From NCBI GenBank assembly GCA_963803435.1, contig CAWDML010000001.1:640001-704000 (forward strand): a stretch of DNA of 64,000 bases, written 5' to 3'. Positions 40,050 to 49,108 of this stretch are shown here, one piece after another. A program made the position numbers and the translations under genes. Below the pieces are notes generated by a model. That model was not told where the DNA came from, ran no database searches, and worked only from the letters and a program-made list of their open reading frames with translations. Every line of letters starts with the position of its first letter. The stretch's first letter is position 1. The stretch comes from an uncultured delta proteobacterium (lineage in GTDB: Bacteria; Myxococcota; Kuafuiibacteriia; Kuafuiibacteriales; Kuafuiibacteriaceae).

Positions 40050-41063
40050 GAGCGCCTGGCGCTCAACAGATCGGCTACTGGTCGCGCAGTTCCCTCTCGT
40101 AGGCTGAAAGAATCGTCGCGGAGCCCGGCGCTACCTAGGATCGCCCGGACGTGCCTCTCGCGAGGTTGGAACCACCTTCGAAGGTTTGTGTGCAGCCCCG
40201 GTCGCGGCTCGTTGGCCTTCCCCGCGATCGCCGCGGTCCGCCTGTTTCCATGCGGCCCGTCGGCTTCCTGTCGAGCTACCGTCCCCTGAACCAGCTTCGT
40301 CCAGGTTCATCCTTCCTTGGCGTTCCTCCTCCTCAGAGTTCCTTCGCTCAGATTCTCCGCCTGTCGTCTTTCGACGCAGGCACTCGCCTACCCAGGGTCT
40401 CTTCCCTCATCGCGACATCACCGGAGCGCGTCCACCACGTGCGAAGGATGCCATGCCCTCGCTTCGTTCCGTCCTCAGGTTTTCGCAACCTCTCGACGGT
40501 TTTCTCCGCTCTCCGGCTTTGCGGGCTTCTTTCATCCCGCAGCCACGTCCAGGGTTGTCGCCGTTCAGGGGCTTCTCTCCCCGCGCAGCCGGACGCTCTC
40601 CTCGAGCGCCGTGCCCCCTTGCCGTTGTCCTCCGAGGTCCTCACCGAATACGCCCGCCTCCCGCTTTCGCGTTCCGCCGGCCACCGGATGCCATCCCTCG
40701 CAGGCCTCGACTTCGAGGCTTTCCTCCGCGCGGGGCCGCGTTGCCCACGGTTCGGGGTTTAGCCGCACCGTGACCCGCTCCCCTCTTCGGTTTCTTCTCC
40801 TCCAGGTCCTCAACCACCGCCTCGGGCTCTGGTTACCCAGAGCCATCCACTCACGACGGTTCCTTCCGGGGCCCTTCACGCTGGTCCCCTTCGGCCGTCC
40901 ACAGCGTCTTGTCAGCGGCGGGCTAGGTCTCTCCGTCTCCTTCGAAACCAACCTGCCCGAGACTTTCGAGCCTTCCGACTGAAGTCTCCATGGTGACCTC
41001 GTTCGACGAGGCTCCCTGCGCGTCCCTTTTGACCAGCAGCCTCACTGCTGTCCGCCAGGCGCA
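40050..41063 (-). ncRNA. Putative large (~1 kb) structured non-coding RNA of unrecognised class
   Basis: Promoter and terminator bracket it; nested 5'/3' closing helices; several GNRA-capped hairpins; purine-rich minus strand; overlapping ORFs lack protein-like features. Confidence 0.7.
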
Positions 41064-41069
41064 GGTGTA

Positions 41070-41098
41070 TTGATAGGCGAGCTCCGGCCCGTTGGCAA
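41070..41098 (-). promoter_or_regulatory. Sigma70-like promoter TTGCCA-N17-TATCAA with AT-rich upstream element
   Basis: -35 at 41093-41098, -10 at 41070-41075, exact 17-nt spacer, AT-rich tract about 41104-41130. Confidence 0.6.
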
Positions 41099-41149
41099 GA
41101 CCCTTTTCTAAATTATTTCGATTTTCTTTCGCGATACCGGTCGAAACTC

Positions 41150-41392
41150 TGGGGATAATTTTGTGAAAACCGTGTGGAAAGGATGTGGATTACAGGCCGG
41201 GACCGACCGCCGGGGTGTGCGACGTTTGTGCAAAAGCTGTGTGGCGGATGTGAAAGCTGTTGAGAACCTGTGGAGACCGGTCCGTAAGGGCCTGTAGCTC
41301 CAGGAATTTCGCTTTTCACAGGTACAACACGGAACTCGCGATCAGGGGTTCGGAGGCGGGCGCAGCCGGGCTCCGCGCCGGCCTGTGAATTG
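41150..41392. promoter_or_regulatory. Cluster of DnaA-box-like 9-mers
   Basis: TGGGGATAA 41150, TGTGAAAAC 41162, TGTGGAAAG 41173, TGTGGATTA 41184, TGTGCAAAA 41227, TGTGAAAGC 41249, TGTTGAGAA 41258, TGTGGAGAC 41269, inverted CTTTTCACA 41312, TGTGAATTG 41384, compared with consensus TGTG(G/N)ATAA. Confidence 0.5.
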
Positions 41393-41526
41393 TCCAGGCC
41401 AGCCCGGTGCCCCCAGAAAACCAGCAGGGGTCGCGCGTTATTTCCGCATGAAAAAGAGGTCTCGGATTGGCGGAGTTTTTCGCAGGTCAGCTTGCGCAAG
41501 ACGAGTTGCGCAAGACAGCTTGCATG

Positions 41527-42123
41527 TCAGAAGACGAACTTCGCGGTCTTAGTGACGTCATCGTTCCCCGCGAACGTGGGGAACCGGATGTGGCGGGCCT
41601 GCTTCTCGACGCACGGGGCGAGCGTGCGCGCATCGTCGTTGCTGGCACCGACGACCTTCGACTCGACGACGTTGCCGTTCGCGCGGATCGTGAACGCGAC
41701 CTGGAGCGCGCCGGAGAGCCGGTCGCGCTGCGAGACCGTGGCGATACAGCTCTTCACGCCGGACCAACCGCCCACCGTGGACTGGAAGTCGAAGTCCGAG
41801 AGCCCCGTGATCTCCTCCTCCACCTCGTCCTCGGGCTCGTCGACGGCCTGCACCGCGCGACGCCGGATCGTCCGGGGCGCCGGCGCCGGCTGGGGCTCGA
41901 CCATCTCGGGCTTCTTGTTGAGGCCGAGGAGCGCGTCCTTCAGCGCCGCGTCTTCGACGGGCGCAGCCTCTGCGATCGCAGGCGCCGGGTCCGGCGCGCG
42001 CGTCATCTCGCGGCTCGGCGGCGGCACGGCCTTCGGCGCCGGCTTCTTGTCCCCCGCGAACAGCAACAGCGCGGCGAACACGACAATGAGTGCAAGGATG
42101 GAAAGGATGATGCTCTTCTTCAT
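41527..42123 (-). CDS. Membrane-anchored AgmX/PglI/TonB C-terminal-like domain protein
   Basis: N-terminal TM, Pro/Glu-rich linker, VKSC...LSGALQVAFTIRANGNV...CV......RFP...FVF. Confidence 0.7.
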   Translation of the reverse strand: MKKSIILSILALIVVFAALLLFAGDKKPAPKAVPPPSREMTRAPDPAPAIAEAAPVEDAALKDALLGLNKKPEMVEPQPAPAPRTIRRRAVQAVDEPEDEVEEEITGLSDFDFQSTVGGWSGVKSCIATVSQRDRLSGALQVAFTIRANGNVVESKVVGASNDDARTLAPCVEKQARHIRFPTFAGNDDVTKTAKFVF

Positions 42124-42185
42124 GCGTCGTCTGGGCTCCAACTATACAGACACCCGAGGCCTCATTGCTCGGTCGGTGTTATGAG

Positions 42186-43151
42186 GTGCTCGTGCGCTAT
42201 CTCTCACGTGCTGACATCGAGCAGATCGGTCTCTCCATGAAGGAGATCATCGACAGCGTGGAGGATGTCTTGAGGGAGAAAGGTGAGGGACGCGTCGAGA
42301 TGCCGCCCAAGCCCGGGATCCATCCGGCGCAGAACGCCTTCATCCATGCGATGCCCGCCTACGTGCCGCGTCTGGGCGCCGCCGGCATGAAGTGGGTCTC
42401 CGGCTATCCGCAGAATCCGGCTCGAGATCTGCCGTATATCAGCGGTCTCTTGATCCTGAACGACCCGGAGACCGGCGTCCCGATCGCGCTCCTCGACTGT
42501 ACGTGGATCACGGCGATGCGCACCGCTGCGGCGTCGGCGGTGGCAGCCCGCCACCTCTCCCGCGCGACCCCCGTGCTCGCCATGCTCGGTTGTGGCGTCC
42601 AGGGGCGCAGCCACCTCGAGGCCCTCACCCTCACCTTCCCCAGCCTCGAGCGGGTTCAGGCCTACGACACCAACCCCGCCGTGCTGTCACGGTATGCCTC
42701 CTGGGGCCGCGAGCGATTCGGCGTCGAGGTCCTGGAGGCCGGCGATCCCGAGCAGGCGGTCCGCGGCGCCGGCATCGTCATCACCGCCGGTCCGATCCTC
42801 ACCGCGCCCTCCCCCGTCATCCGGGCCGACTGGCTCGCGCCCGGCGTCTTCGCCTGTCCGATCGACTTCGACTCGTACTTCACGGGCGAGGCCTTCCGCG
42901 CCGCCGATCTCCTGGTCACCGACGACGTGCATCAGCTCCGCTACTACCGGGACGTGGGCTACTTCCGCGACACGCCCAACATCGGGCTCGATCTCGGCGC
43001 GATCGTCGCGGGAAAGGAGCAGGGACGCACGGCTCCGGCGCAGCGGATCATTGCGGTCAACCTGGGCATCGCGATCGAGGATCTGGCGGTGGCCGTCCGG
43101 CTCCTCGAGCGTGCGCGCGCGCTCGAGATCGGCGTCGAGCTGCCGCTCTGA
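42186..43151 (+). CDS. Ornithine cyclodeaminase/mu-crystallin family protein
   Basis: HAMPA, GMKWVSGYPQN, DPETGVP, ITAMRTAAASAVAA, LGCGVQGRSH, GIAIEDLA. Confidence 0.9.
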   Translation: MLVRYLSRADIEQIGLSMKEIIDSVEDVLREKGEGRVEMPPKPGIHPAQNAFIHAMPAYVPRLGAAGMKWVSGYPQNPARDLPYISGLLILNDPETGVPIALLDCTWITAMRTAAASAVAARHLSRATPVLAMLGCGVQGRSHLEALTLTFPSLERVQAYDTNPAVLSRYASWGRERFGVEVLEAGDPEQAVRGAGIVITAGPILTAPSPVIRADWLAPGVFACPIDFDSYFTGEAFRAADLLVTDDVHQLRYYRDVGYFRDTPNIGLDLGAIVAGKEQGRTAPAQRIIAVNLGIAIEDLAVAVRLLERARALEIGVELPL

Positions 43152-43153
43152 CC

Positions 43154-43981
43154 TCACCCCGGCCAGGGCTTCAGCATCATCACCTGGGTCGCGAACGCCA
43201 CCAGTCGGCCGTCCTCGTCGAAGAGCTCCACCTCCGCGCTCGCGATCCCGCCGATCGCGCGCCGGCACAGGCCCGAGATCAAGAACCACTCGCGCTCGGT
43301 GCGCTCGAAGAAGTGCAACGTCAGATCGAGGCTCGGCGCCATGAACCCCGCCTGCGCGCGCCCGAGCTTGTTCACCAGCGAGGGCGGCATCAGATCGACG
43401 ATCGGGGCGTACGCGATCGGATCGATCGTCCCGTCGGCCGACCGAGGCGTTTCGCGGTAGCGAATCCAGCGGGCGTAGCGGGCCGGGCCCGGCTCCCAGT
43501 CCGCCTCCTCCCAGGAGAGGTGGCCCAGCGCGAGCCGATGCTCGAAGTTCTCGAAGAACCGCATGCGCCGGCGGGGGTTCGGCGGTGCCGGAGGGAGCGT
43601 CGAATGGTGCGGCACCTCCGGCATCGCGGCCTCCACGGCGTCGGGTTGGCGGTCGCGATGACGACCGAAGGTGGCGAGGGCCTCGAGGCCAGGCTCGCGG
43701 CCGGGGCCTCGGAGCGAGACCGCGCATTGAACGAAGGTGGCGCCGCGCCGCAGCACGCGCACCTCGATCGATAGCGCGCCCGCAGCCACCGGCGAGCAGA
43801 ACAGTGTGGTCACCGACACCGGCGAAAGCTCGTCGCCGATCTCGCGCCGCATCGCCTCGAGCGCGACCGCCAGCAAGACGCCGCCCCCCGGCGTGAAAAA
43901 GCTCCAGGCGTCGGAGAGCTCGGCGGTGTACCGACCCTCTCCGCGGGGCTCGACCGCGATCTCCTCGAGCAATGCTCCCAC
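43154..43981 (-). CDS. Acyl-CoA thioesterase (TesB-like double hotdog)
   Basis: W...TPGGGVLLA, VLRRGA, DLMPP, PSLDLTLHF, ELFDEDGRLVA. Confidence 0.8.
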   Translation of the reverse strand: MGALLEEIAVEPRGEGRYTAELSDAWSFFTPGGGVLLAVALEAMRREIGDELSPVSVTTLFCSPVAAGALSIEVRVLRRGATFVQCAVSLRGPGREPGLEALATFGRHRDRQPDAVEAAMPEVPHHSTLPPAPPNPRRRMRFFENFEHRLALGHLSWEEADWEPGPARYARWIRYRETPRSADGTIDPIAYAPIVDLMPPSLVNKLGRAQAGFMAPSLDLTLHFFERTEREWFLISGLCRRAIGGIASAEVELFDEDGRLVAFATQVMMLKPWPG

Positions 43982-44083
43982 GGGCCCATCTTCGATCGGG
44001 CCCGCCCGGCGCGGAACCCCCGGATCCCGCCGCCTTGGACAGCGGTTAGATCCGATCCCGCCCTCACCCGTTTCCACCCGGCG

Positions 44084-46336
44084 ATGCGCACCGTCACCCT
44101 CGCCCTTGCCCTCCTCCCCGCCCTCGCCTCCGCGTCCGCGCACGCGGAGGAGGACCGGGTCGGCGCCCCATACTTCGTGATCGAGAGCGATCAGCCCGGC
44201 GCCGATCGCCTGCCGCTCAAGGAGACCAGCGCCTCGGTCGACATCGCCGGCGTGATCGCGAAGGTCGCGGTCACCCAGGTCTACCAGAACGAAGGCGCCC
44301 GCCCGATCGAGGCCATCTACGTCTTTCCCGGCTCCACCCGCTCGGCGGTCTTCGGAATGGAGATGACGATCGGCGAGCGCACCATCGTGGCCAAGATCGA
44401 GAAGAAAGATCAGGCGCGCGCGCTCTATGAGCGGGCGAAGTCGGAGGGGAAGAGCGCCAGCCTGCTCGAGCAGCACCGACCCAACGTCTTCCAGATGAAC
44501 GTCGCCAACATCATGCCGGGCGATCGGATCGTGGTGAAGCTGTTCTACACCGAGCTCCTGGTTCCGGAGGACGGCACCTACGAGCTGGTCTATCCCACGG
44601 TGGTCGGCCCTCGCTACGCGAACGGCGCCTCCGGCACGGACGAGCGCTGGACCCAGAACCCCTACCTCGGCGAAGGCGCGCCGCCGCCGTACCGCTGGGA
44701 CCTCACCGCGCGGATCGACGCAGGCATGCCGATCGAGGGCGTCAGCTCTCCCTCCCACCAGGTGTCGCCGCGGTTCGACGGCACGCACAAGGTCACGATC
44801 GAGGTCGATGACGAGCGCGGCGGCAACCGCGACTTCGTCCTTCGCTATCGCCTGCAGGGCCGCGCCATCCAGACCGGTCTCCTCACCTTCCAGGGCAAGG
44901 ACGAGAACTTCTTCCTCATGATGATGCAGCCGCCGGAGCGCCCAGCTGCCAACGCGATCCCGCCGCGCGAATACATCTTCGTCATCGACGTCTCCGGCTC
45001 GATGGGCGGCTTCCCGCTCGAGACCTCGAAGGCGGTGATGCGGAACCTCCTGGGCGGGCTCAAGGGTCAGGACCGCTTCAATCTCCTGCTCTTCGCAGGC
45101 GGCAACACCGTCATGGCGAATCAGAGCGTCCAGGCCACCCGCGCGAACATCCGCAAAGCCATGCGGATCATCGACCACCAGCAGGGCGGCGGCGCCACCG
45201 AGATCCTCCCCGCCATCCAGCGCGCGCTGGCGATGCCGCGCGATCGCGAGATGTCCACCACGATCGTGGTGCTCACCGACGGCTACGTCTCCGTCGAGAC
45301 CAAGCTCTTCGACCTGATCCGCAAGAACCTCGACCGCGCGAACCTGTTCGCCTTCGGGATCGGCAGCTCGGTGAATCGCAACCTGATCGAAGGGATGGCG
45401 CGCTCCGGCATGGGTGAGCCCTTCGTGGTCCTCGACGCGGCCGCCGCCCGCGAGACGGCGAGCCGATTCAGCCGGTACATCGAGTCGCCGGTCCTCACGA
45501 ACATCGGCCTTCACTTCGACGGGTTCGACGCCTACGACGTGGAGCCGAGCACCATCCCGGACCTCTTCGCACAGCGCCCCCTCATCGTCTTCGGGAAGTA
45601 CCGGGGTCCGGCACAGGGCCGCATCTCCGTCGAGGGGCACAACGGTCTGGGCGCGTTCACCAGCGCAGTCTCAGTGGCGGACGCGACGCCCTCCCAGAAC
45701 AACGAGGCGCTCCGCTGGCTGTGGGCCCGCCATCGGATCGCGAACCTCGCCGACGTCGGTCAGCTCGGGCGCGACCCCTCGATCGAGGCCGAGGTCACCG
45801 CGCTCGGCCTCCGCTATCACCTGATGACCGAGTACACGAGCTTCATCGCGGTCGACAGCGATCGGCGCAACTCGGACGGAAACAGCGTGACCGTGGAGCA
45901 GCCGCTGCCGCTGCCCCAGGGGGTCTCGGGGCTGAGCGGTCCCGCCCGCACCACCGTTGCCCGCCATCGTAGCGTCGCGCCAAAGCCCGCCGTCGAGCCG
46001 GCGCCGGCACCGGTGGCGGTGGGCGGCGAGGCGGTCGACGAGGACATCAGCGTCGCCGAAGAGAAGAGCACCCGCCGCGGAGTCGTGATCACGGGAGGGC
46101 CGGAGAACGTGCGCCAGCTCCTCAGGTCGAGGTCCGACGCGCTCGGCCAGTGTACGAACGGATCGTTCCGCCTGCGGCTGGCCATCACGGTGGGCGACTC
46201 GGGCCGCATCAAGTCGATCTCCGTGGTCGAATCCAGCGGGAATCGCGGCACCGACGGGTGCGTGATCCGCCTCCTCAAGACCCTGCGCTTCGCGCCGTCG
46301 AACCGGTTCGAGGTCACGATCTCGTTCGCAGGTTGA
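44084..46336 (+). CDS. VIT + von Willebrand factor A domain protein with C-terminal TonB-C-like domain
   Basis: Signal peptide; VTQVYQN...IEAIYVFP (VIT); FVIDVSGSM, GGGATE, VLTDG, FGIGSSVN (MIDAS); YTSFIAVD. Confidence 0.9.
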   Translation: MRTVTLALALLPALASASAHAEEDRVGAPYFVIESDQPGADRLPLKETSASVDIAGVIAKVAVTQVYQNEGARPIEAIYVFPGSTRSAVFGMEMTIGERTIVAKIEKKDQARALYERAKSEGKSASLLEQHRPNVFQMNVANIMPGDRIVVKLFYTELLVPEDGTYELVYPTVVGPRYANGASGTDERWTQNPYLGEGAPPPYRWDLTARIDAGMPIEGVSSPSHQVSPRFDGTHKVTIEVDDERGGNRDFVLRYRLQGRAIQTGLLTFQGKDENFFLMMMQPPERPAANAIPPREYIFVIDVSGSMGGFPLETSKAVMRNLLGGLKGQDRFNLLLFAGGNTVMANQSVQATRANIRKAMRIIDHQQGGGATEILPAIQRALAMPRDREMSTTIVVLTDGYVSVETKLFDLIRKNLDRANLFAFGIGSSVNRNLIEGMARSGMGEPFVVLDAAAARETASRFSRYIESPVLTNIGLHFDGFDAYDVEPSTIPDLFAQRPLIVFGKYRGPAQGRISVEGHNGLGAFTSAVSVADATPSQNNEALRWLWARHRIANLADVGQLGRDPSIEAEVTALGLRYHLMTEYTSFIAVDSDRRNSDGNSVTVEQPLPLPQGVSGLSGPARTTVARHRSVAPKPAVEPAPAPVAVGGEAVDEDISVAEEKSTRRGVVITGGPENVRQLLRSRSDALGQCTNGSFRLRLAITVGDSGRIKSISVVESSGNRGTDGCVIRLLKTLRFAPSNRFEVTISFAG

Positions 46337-46370
46337 TCTCTGTCCCGCGATCGGAGAGACGACGGCCCGA

Positions 46371-47573
46371 GTGGAGATCCTGTTCGTCTCTCACCGCTTC
46401 CCCTATCCCCCGAAGGACGGCGCCAAGATCCGCGCGTTCTACGTGATCAAGCACCTCGCTGAGGCGGGTCATCGCGTCACGGTCGCCTCGATGGTTCGCT
46501 CGAGAGAGGAGGAGGAGGAGGTCTCTGGCCTGAAGCCGTACGCGACGGAGATCCTGGTCGATCGCGTCCGCCAGCCGCTCGCGATCCTGGAGATGGTCCG
46601 CCGCCTCCCCACCCGATCCCCCTCCTCGATGGGCTTCTTCTGGTCGAAGCGCCTCGCCGATCGGATCGAGCGCGCGCTCGCGTCCAAGCGATACGACCTC
46701 ATCTTCGTCTACTGCTCGTCAGTCGCCCAGTACGTCGACCGCGCGCCGGGCGTCCCCATGATCCTCGACTTCGGTGACATGGACTCCCAGAAGTGGCTCG
46801 CCTACGGGAGCTTCAAGCCCTTCCCTCTCTCGCTCGGCTACTACCTCGAGGGCCTCAAGCTCCAGCTTGCGGAGGCGGAGCTCGCCCGCCGCTTCGACAC
46901 CTGTCTCGCGACCACCGCGGCCGAGATCCGGACGCTCGACGGCTACCTGACCGGCTGCCACACCGACTGGTTCGCCAACGGCGTCGACGCCGAGCGCTAC
47001 CAGCCGAGCCACGCCCCCTACGATCCCGACATGCTCTGCTTCGTCGGCCGCATGGACTACTACCCGAACGAAAAGGCGATGGTCGACTTCTGCCGGGACG
47101 TGCTCCCCGAGATCCAGCGTGTCCGTCCCGCCACCAAGCTGACGATTGTGGGCGCCGAGCCGTCGCGCCGCGTTCGCGACCTCGCCGAGCACTCCGGCGT
47201 CACCGTCACCGGGTCCGTCCCCGAGGTCCAACCATACGTGGCCCGGGCCGCCCTCACCGTCGCTCCGCTCACCATCGCGCGCGGCACGCAGAACAAGATC
47301 CTCGAGTCGATGGCGATGGGCGTACCCGTGGTCGCCAGCCCCCTGTCCGCCGGCGGCGTCGACGCCGACCCCGAGGCTCACCTCCTCGTCGCGGACCGCC
47401 CCGCGGAGTGGTCCGCTCAGGTCCTCCGCGTGCTCACCGATCCCAGCCTCCGCGGACGCCTCGCCGAAGCCGGCCGCCAGCGGATGCTCACCCACCACGA
47501 CTGGACCCGCTCGATGGAGCGGCTGGACGGGATCATCGAGGAGACGATGGCCCGCGCGAGGGCGGTCGAGTAG
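46371..47573 (+). CDS. GT4 glycosyltransferase, TIGR03087 PEP-CTERM/exosortase-associated type
   Basis: HRFPYPPKDGAKIR, DFGDMDSQKW, FVGRMDYYPN, ARGTQNKILESMAMG. Confidence 0.9.
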   Translation: MEILFVSHRFPYPPKDGAKIRAFYVIKHLAEAGHRVTVASMVRSREEEEEVSGLKPYATEILVDRVRQPLAILEMVRRLPTRSPSSMGFFWSKRLADRIERALASKRYDLIFVYCSSVAQYVDRAPGVPMILDFGDMDSQKWLAYGSFKPFPLSLGYYLEGLKLQLAEAELARRFDTCLATTAAEIRTLDGYLTGCHTDWFANGVDAERYQPSHAPYDPDMLCFVGRMDYYPNEKAMVDFCRDVLPEIQRVRPATKLTIVGAEPSRRVRDLAEHSGVTVTGSVPEVQPYVARAALTVAPLTIARGTQNKILESMAMGVPVVASPLSAGGVDADPEAHLLVADRPAEWSAQVLRVLTDPSLRGRLAEAGRQRMLTHHDWTRSMERLDGIIEETMARARAVE

Positions 47574-47677
47574 CGAGTGCGCAGACCGACCGAAACAGCA
47601 AACGGGGGACCCGGACCCCCCGCGGGCCACCTCGATCGAGCTGTCGAATCGGATGACAATTTGCGGATCGGGTCATA

Positions 47678-47907
47678 ACCGTCACCGTCACCGTCACCGT
47701 CACCGTCACGCATCCACGGCCGCGGCGGACGGATCATGGATCACGGATCACGGATCACGGAGTGATCGTCATCGGAACGAGACGGTCTCCGCGCTCCGTT
47801 TGCGGTCGGCCGTGTTTCGTGGGCCGTCGTTCGTGGGCCGTGTTTCGTCGGCCGTCTTCCGTGGGGCGTGGTTGCGTGACGGTGACGGTGACGGTGACGG
47901 TGACGGT
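47678..47907. repeat. 230-bp element: 41-bp inverted repeats built of (ACCGTC)5 enclosing 7-mer and 14-mer tandem arrays
   Basis: 47678-47718 vs 47867-47907 match with 1 mismatch; internal (CGGATCA)x4 at about 47730-47760 and GGCCGTNTTCGTN-like x4 at 47808-47863. Confidence 0.85.
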
Positions 47908-47930
47908 CGCGTGTTTTTTTTGGGGGGGGG

Positions 47931-49039
47931 TCAGATCGCCCCCCGATCCTTGATCGCCTGCACCGCCAGCCGTGCCGCGCTCGCCCACGCCGGCGGCGAC
48001 GCATACCTCGGCGCCGGCGCCGCCGTCAGCTCCCCCCGCCATCGCGCCGCCGGCAGATCCCGAAACGTGCTCACCCGCACCCGATCCCGATTCTCCGCGA
48101 GCCATCGGCAGAGCGCGCGGAGCCGGTGGAGGTTCATCGGATCGAGGCGCGCCCCGCGGTACTGGACGTTCGTGTTCCGCAGCAAGCGGAAGGAGTGGGT
48201 GATGCTGGTACAGACGCGAAGCCCGCTGGCCCACATCTGCTCGATCACCGCGATCATCTCGGTGGCGGCGAGGCTGGCCAGGTCGAAGTTTCTGAGGCCG
48301 CCGCGCACGCCGCGGGCGACGACGTTGGTGATGGGTACCTCGAGCAGACCGTTGGGGAGCAGCGCGACGTCGTTGAGCTCGGGCTTGCGCGGGAAGCCGC
48401 AAGCGCCGTGGTCGATGGCCCACAGATCGTAGCTCGAGTCGAAGAGGAGGCCTTCGTCCCGCACCACGTCGCTGCCGCGCGGGTCGAGGCCGAAGCTCCC
48501 GGCGCGAAACGCGAGCGGGCGCTCGCCGGTCCAGCGCTCGATCAGAATCGGCGGCCTCGCGGATCATCTCGCGCTGGTCCTCGATCGCGTAGTCGCGGAG
48601 GAGGCCGGAAGGGGTCTCGCGCTTGGCGCGGGTTCGCTCGAGATCGATCCGGAACTCGGGATGAACGTGGAGCTCGACGTCGTGGCCTCGCTCGACAATC
48701 AGCCGGGCGGCCTCCTCGAGGGGTCGGGGATCGACGATCCGGCTGCCGAGCGGCTCGAAGAAGAAGACGCCGCGCAGACCGTGCTCCTCGAAGACATCCA
48801 TGAAGAGCTCGATGCCGTAGCGGCCGTGGTCGGTTTGGCCCCAGAATCCGGCGGTCGGCGCCCACCGGAGAGAGCGAGGCGTCCTCGAGCGCGCCGCCGA
48901 GCGAGATCTCGGTGTCGATGGTGAAGATGAAGTGGAGCGGCTCCGACAGCGGACGGGGTCCGGACGGCCTGCGGAGCAGGAGGCTGCGGGCACGATCTTC
49001 GAGCCAGGCGGCCGTTCGGGCGAAAGGGGAGCGCGTCAC
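47931..49039 (-). CDS. Polysaccharide deacetylase family protein; frameshifts near 48846 and 48547
   Basis: FIFTIDTE, GVFFFE, GHDVELHVHPE, AFRAGSF and FDSSY are spread over three frames. Confidence 0.75.
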
Positions 49040-49108
49040 GTGGCGCTCATTCTAGGCCGAGCAACGGCCCACGCTCCATCCCGACGATGGAGCGTGGGCC
49101 CAGAGGAG

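Noticed and set aside
40715-40730. GAGGAAAG on the minus strand resembling the RNase P P4 motif
   Set aside because: Not followed by UCC, no 3' ACAGAA.CCGGCUUA-type partner seen, and the unit is far longer than RNase P RNA.
40151-40982. Overlapping 98-221 aa ORFs on both strands
   Set aside because: Ser/Arg/Pro/Phe-rich, no motifs, no evident GC3 bias or RBS; better explained as shadows of a structured RNA.
40050-41063. rRNA fragment, tmRNA, group I/II intron or IS element as identity of the RNA-like region
   Set aside because: No universal 16S/23S motifs, no tRNA-like ends, no GUGCG start or domain V, no interrupted host gene, no transposase/RT ORF; end pairing uses G-U wobbles, so it is RNA-level rather than a DNA terminal inverted repeat.
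47678-47907. CRISPR array
   Set aside because: Units are 6-14 bp tandem repeats without unique spacers; no cas genes.
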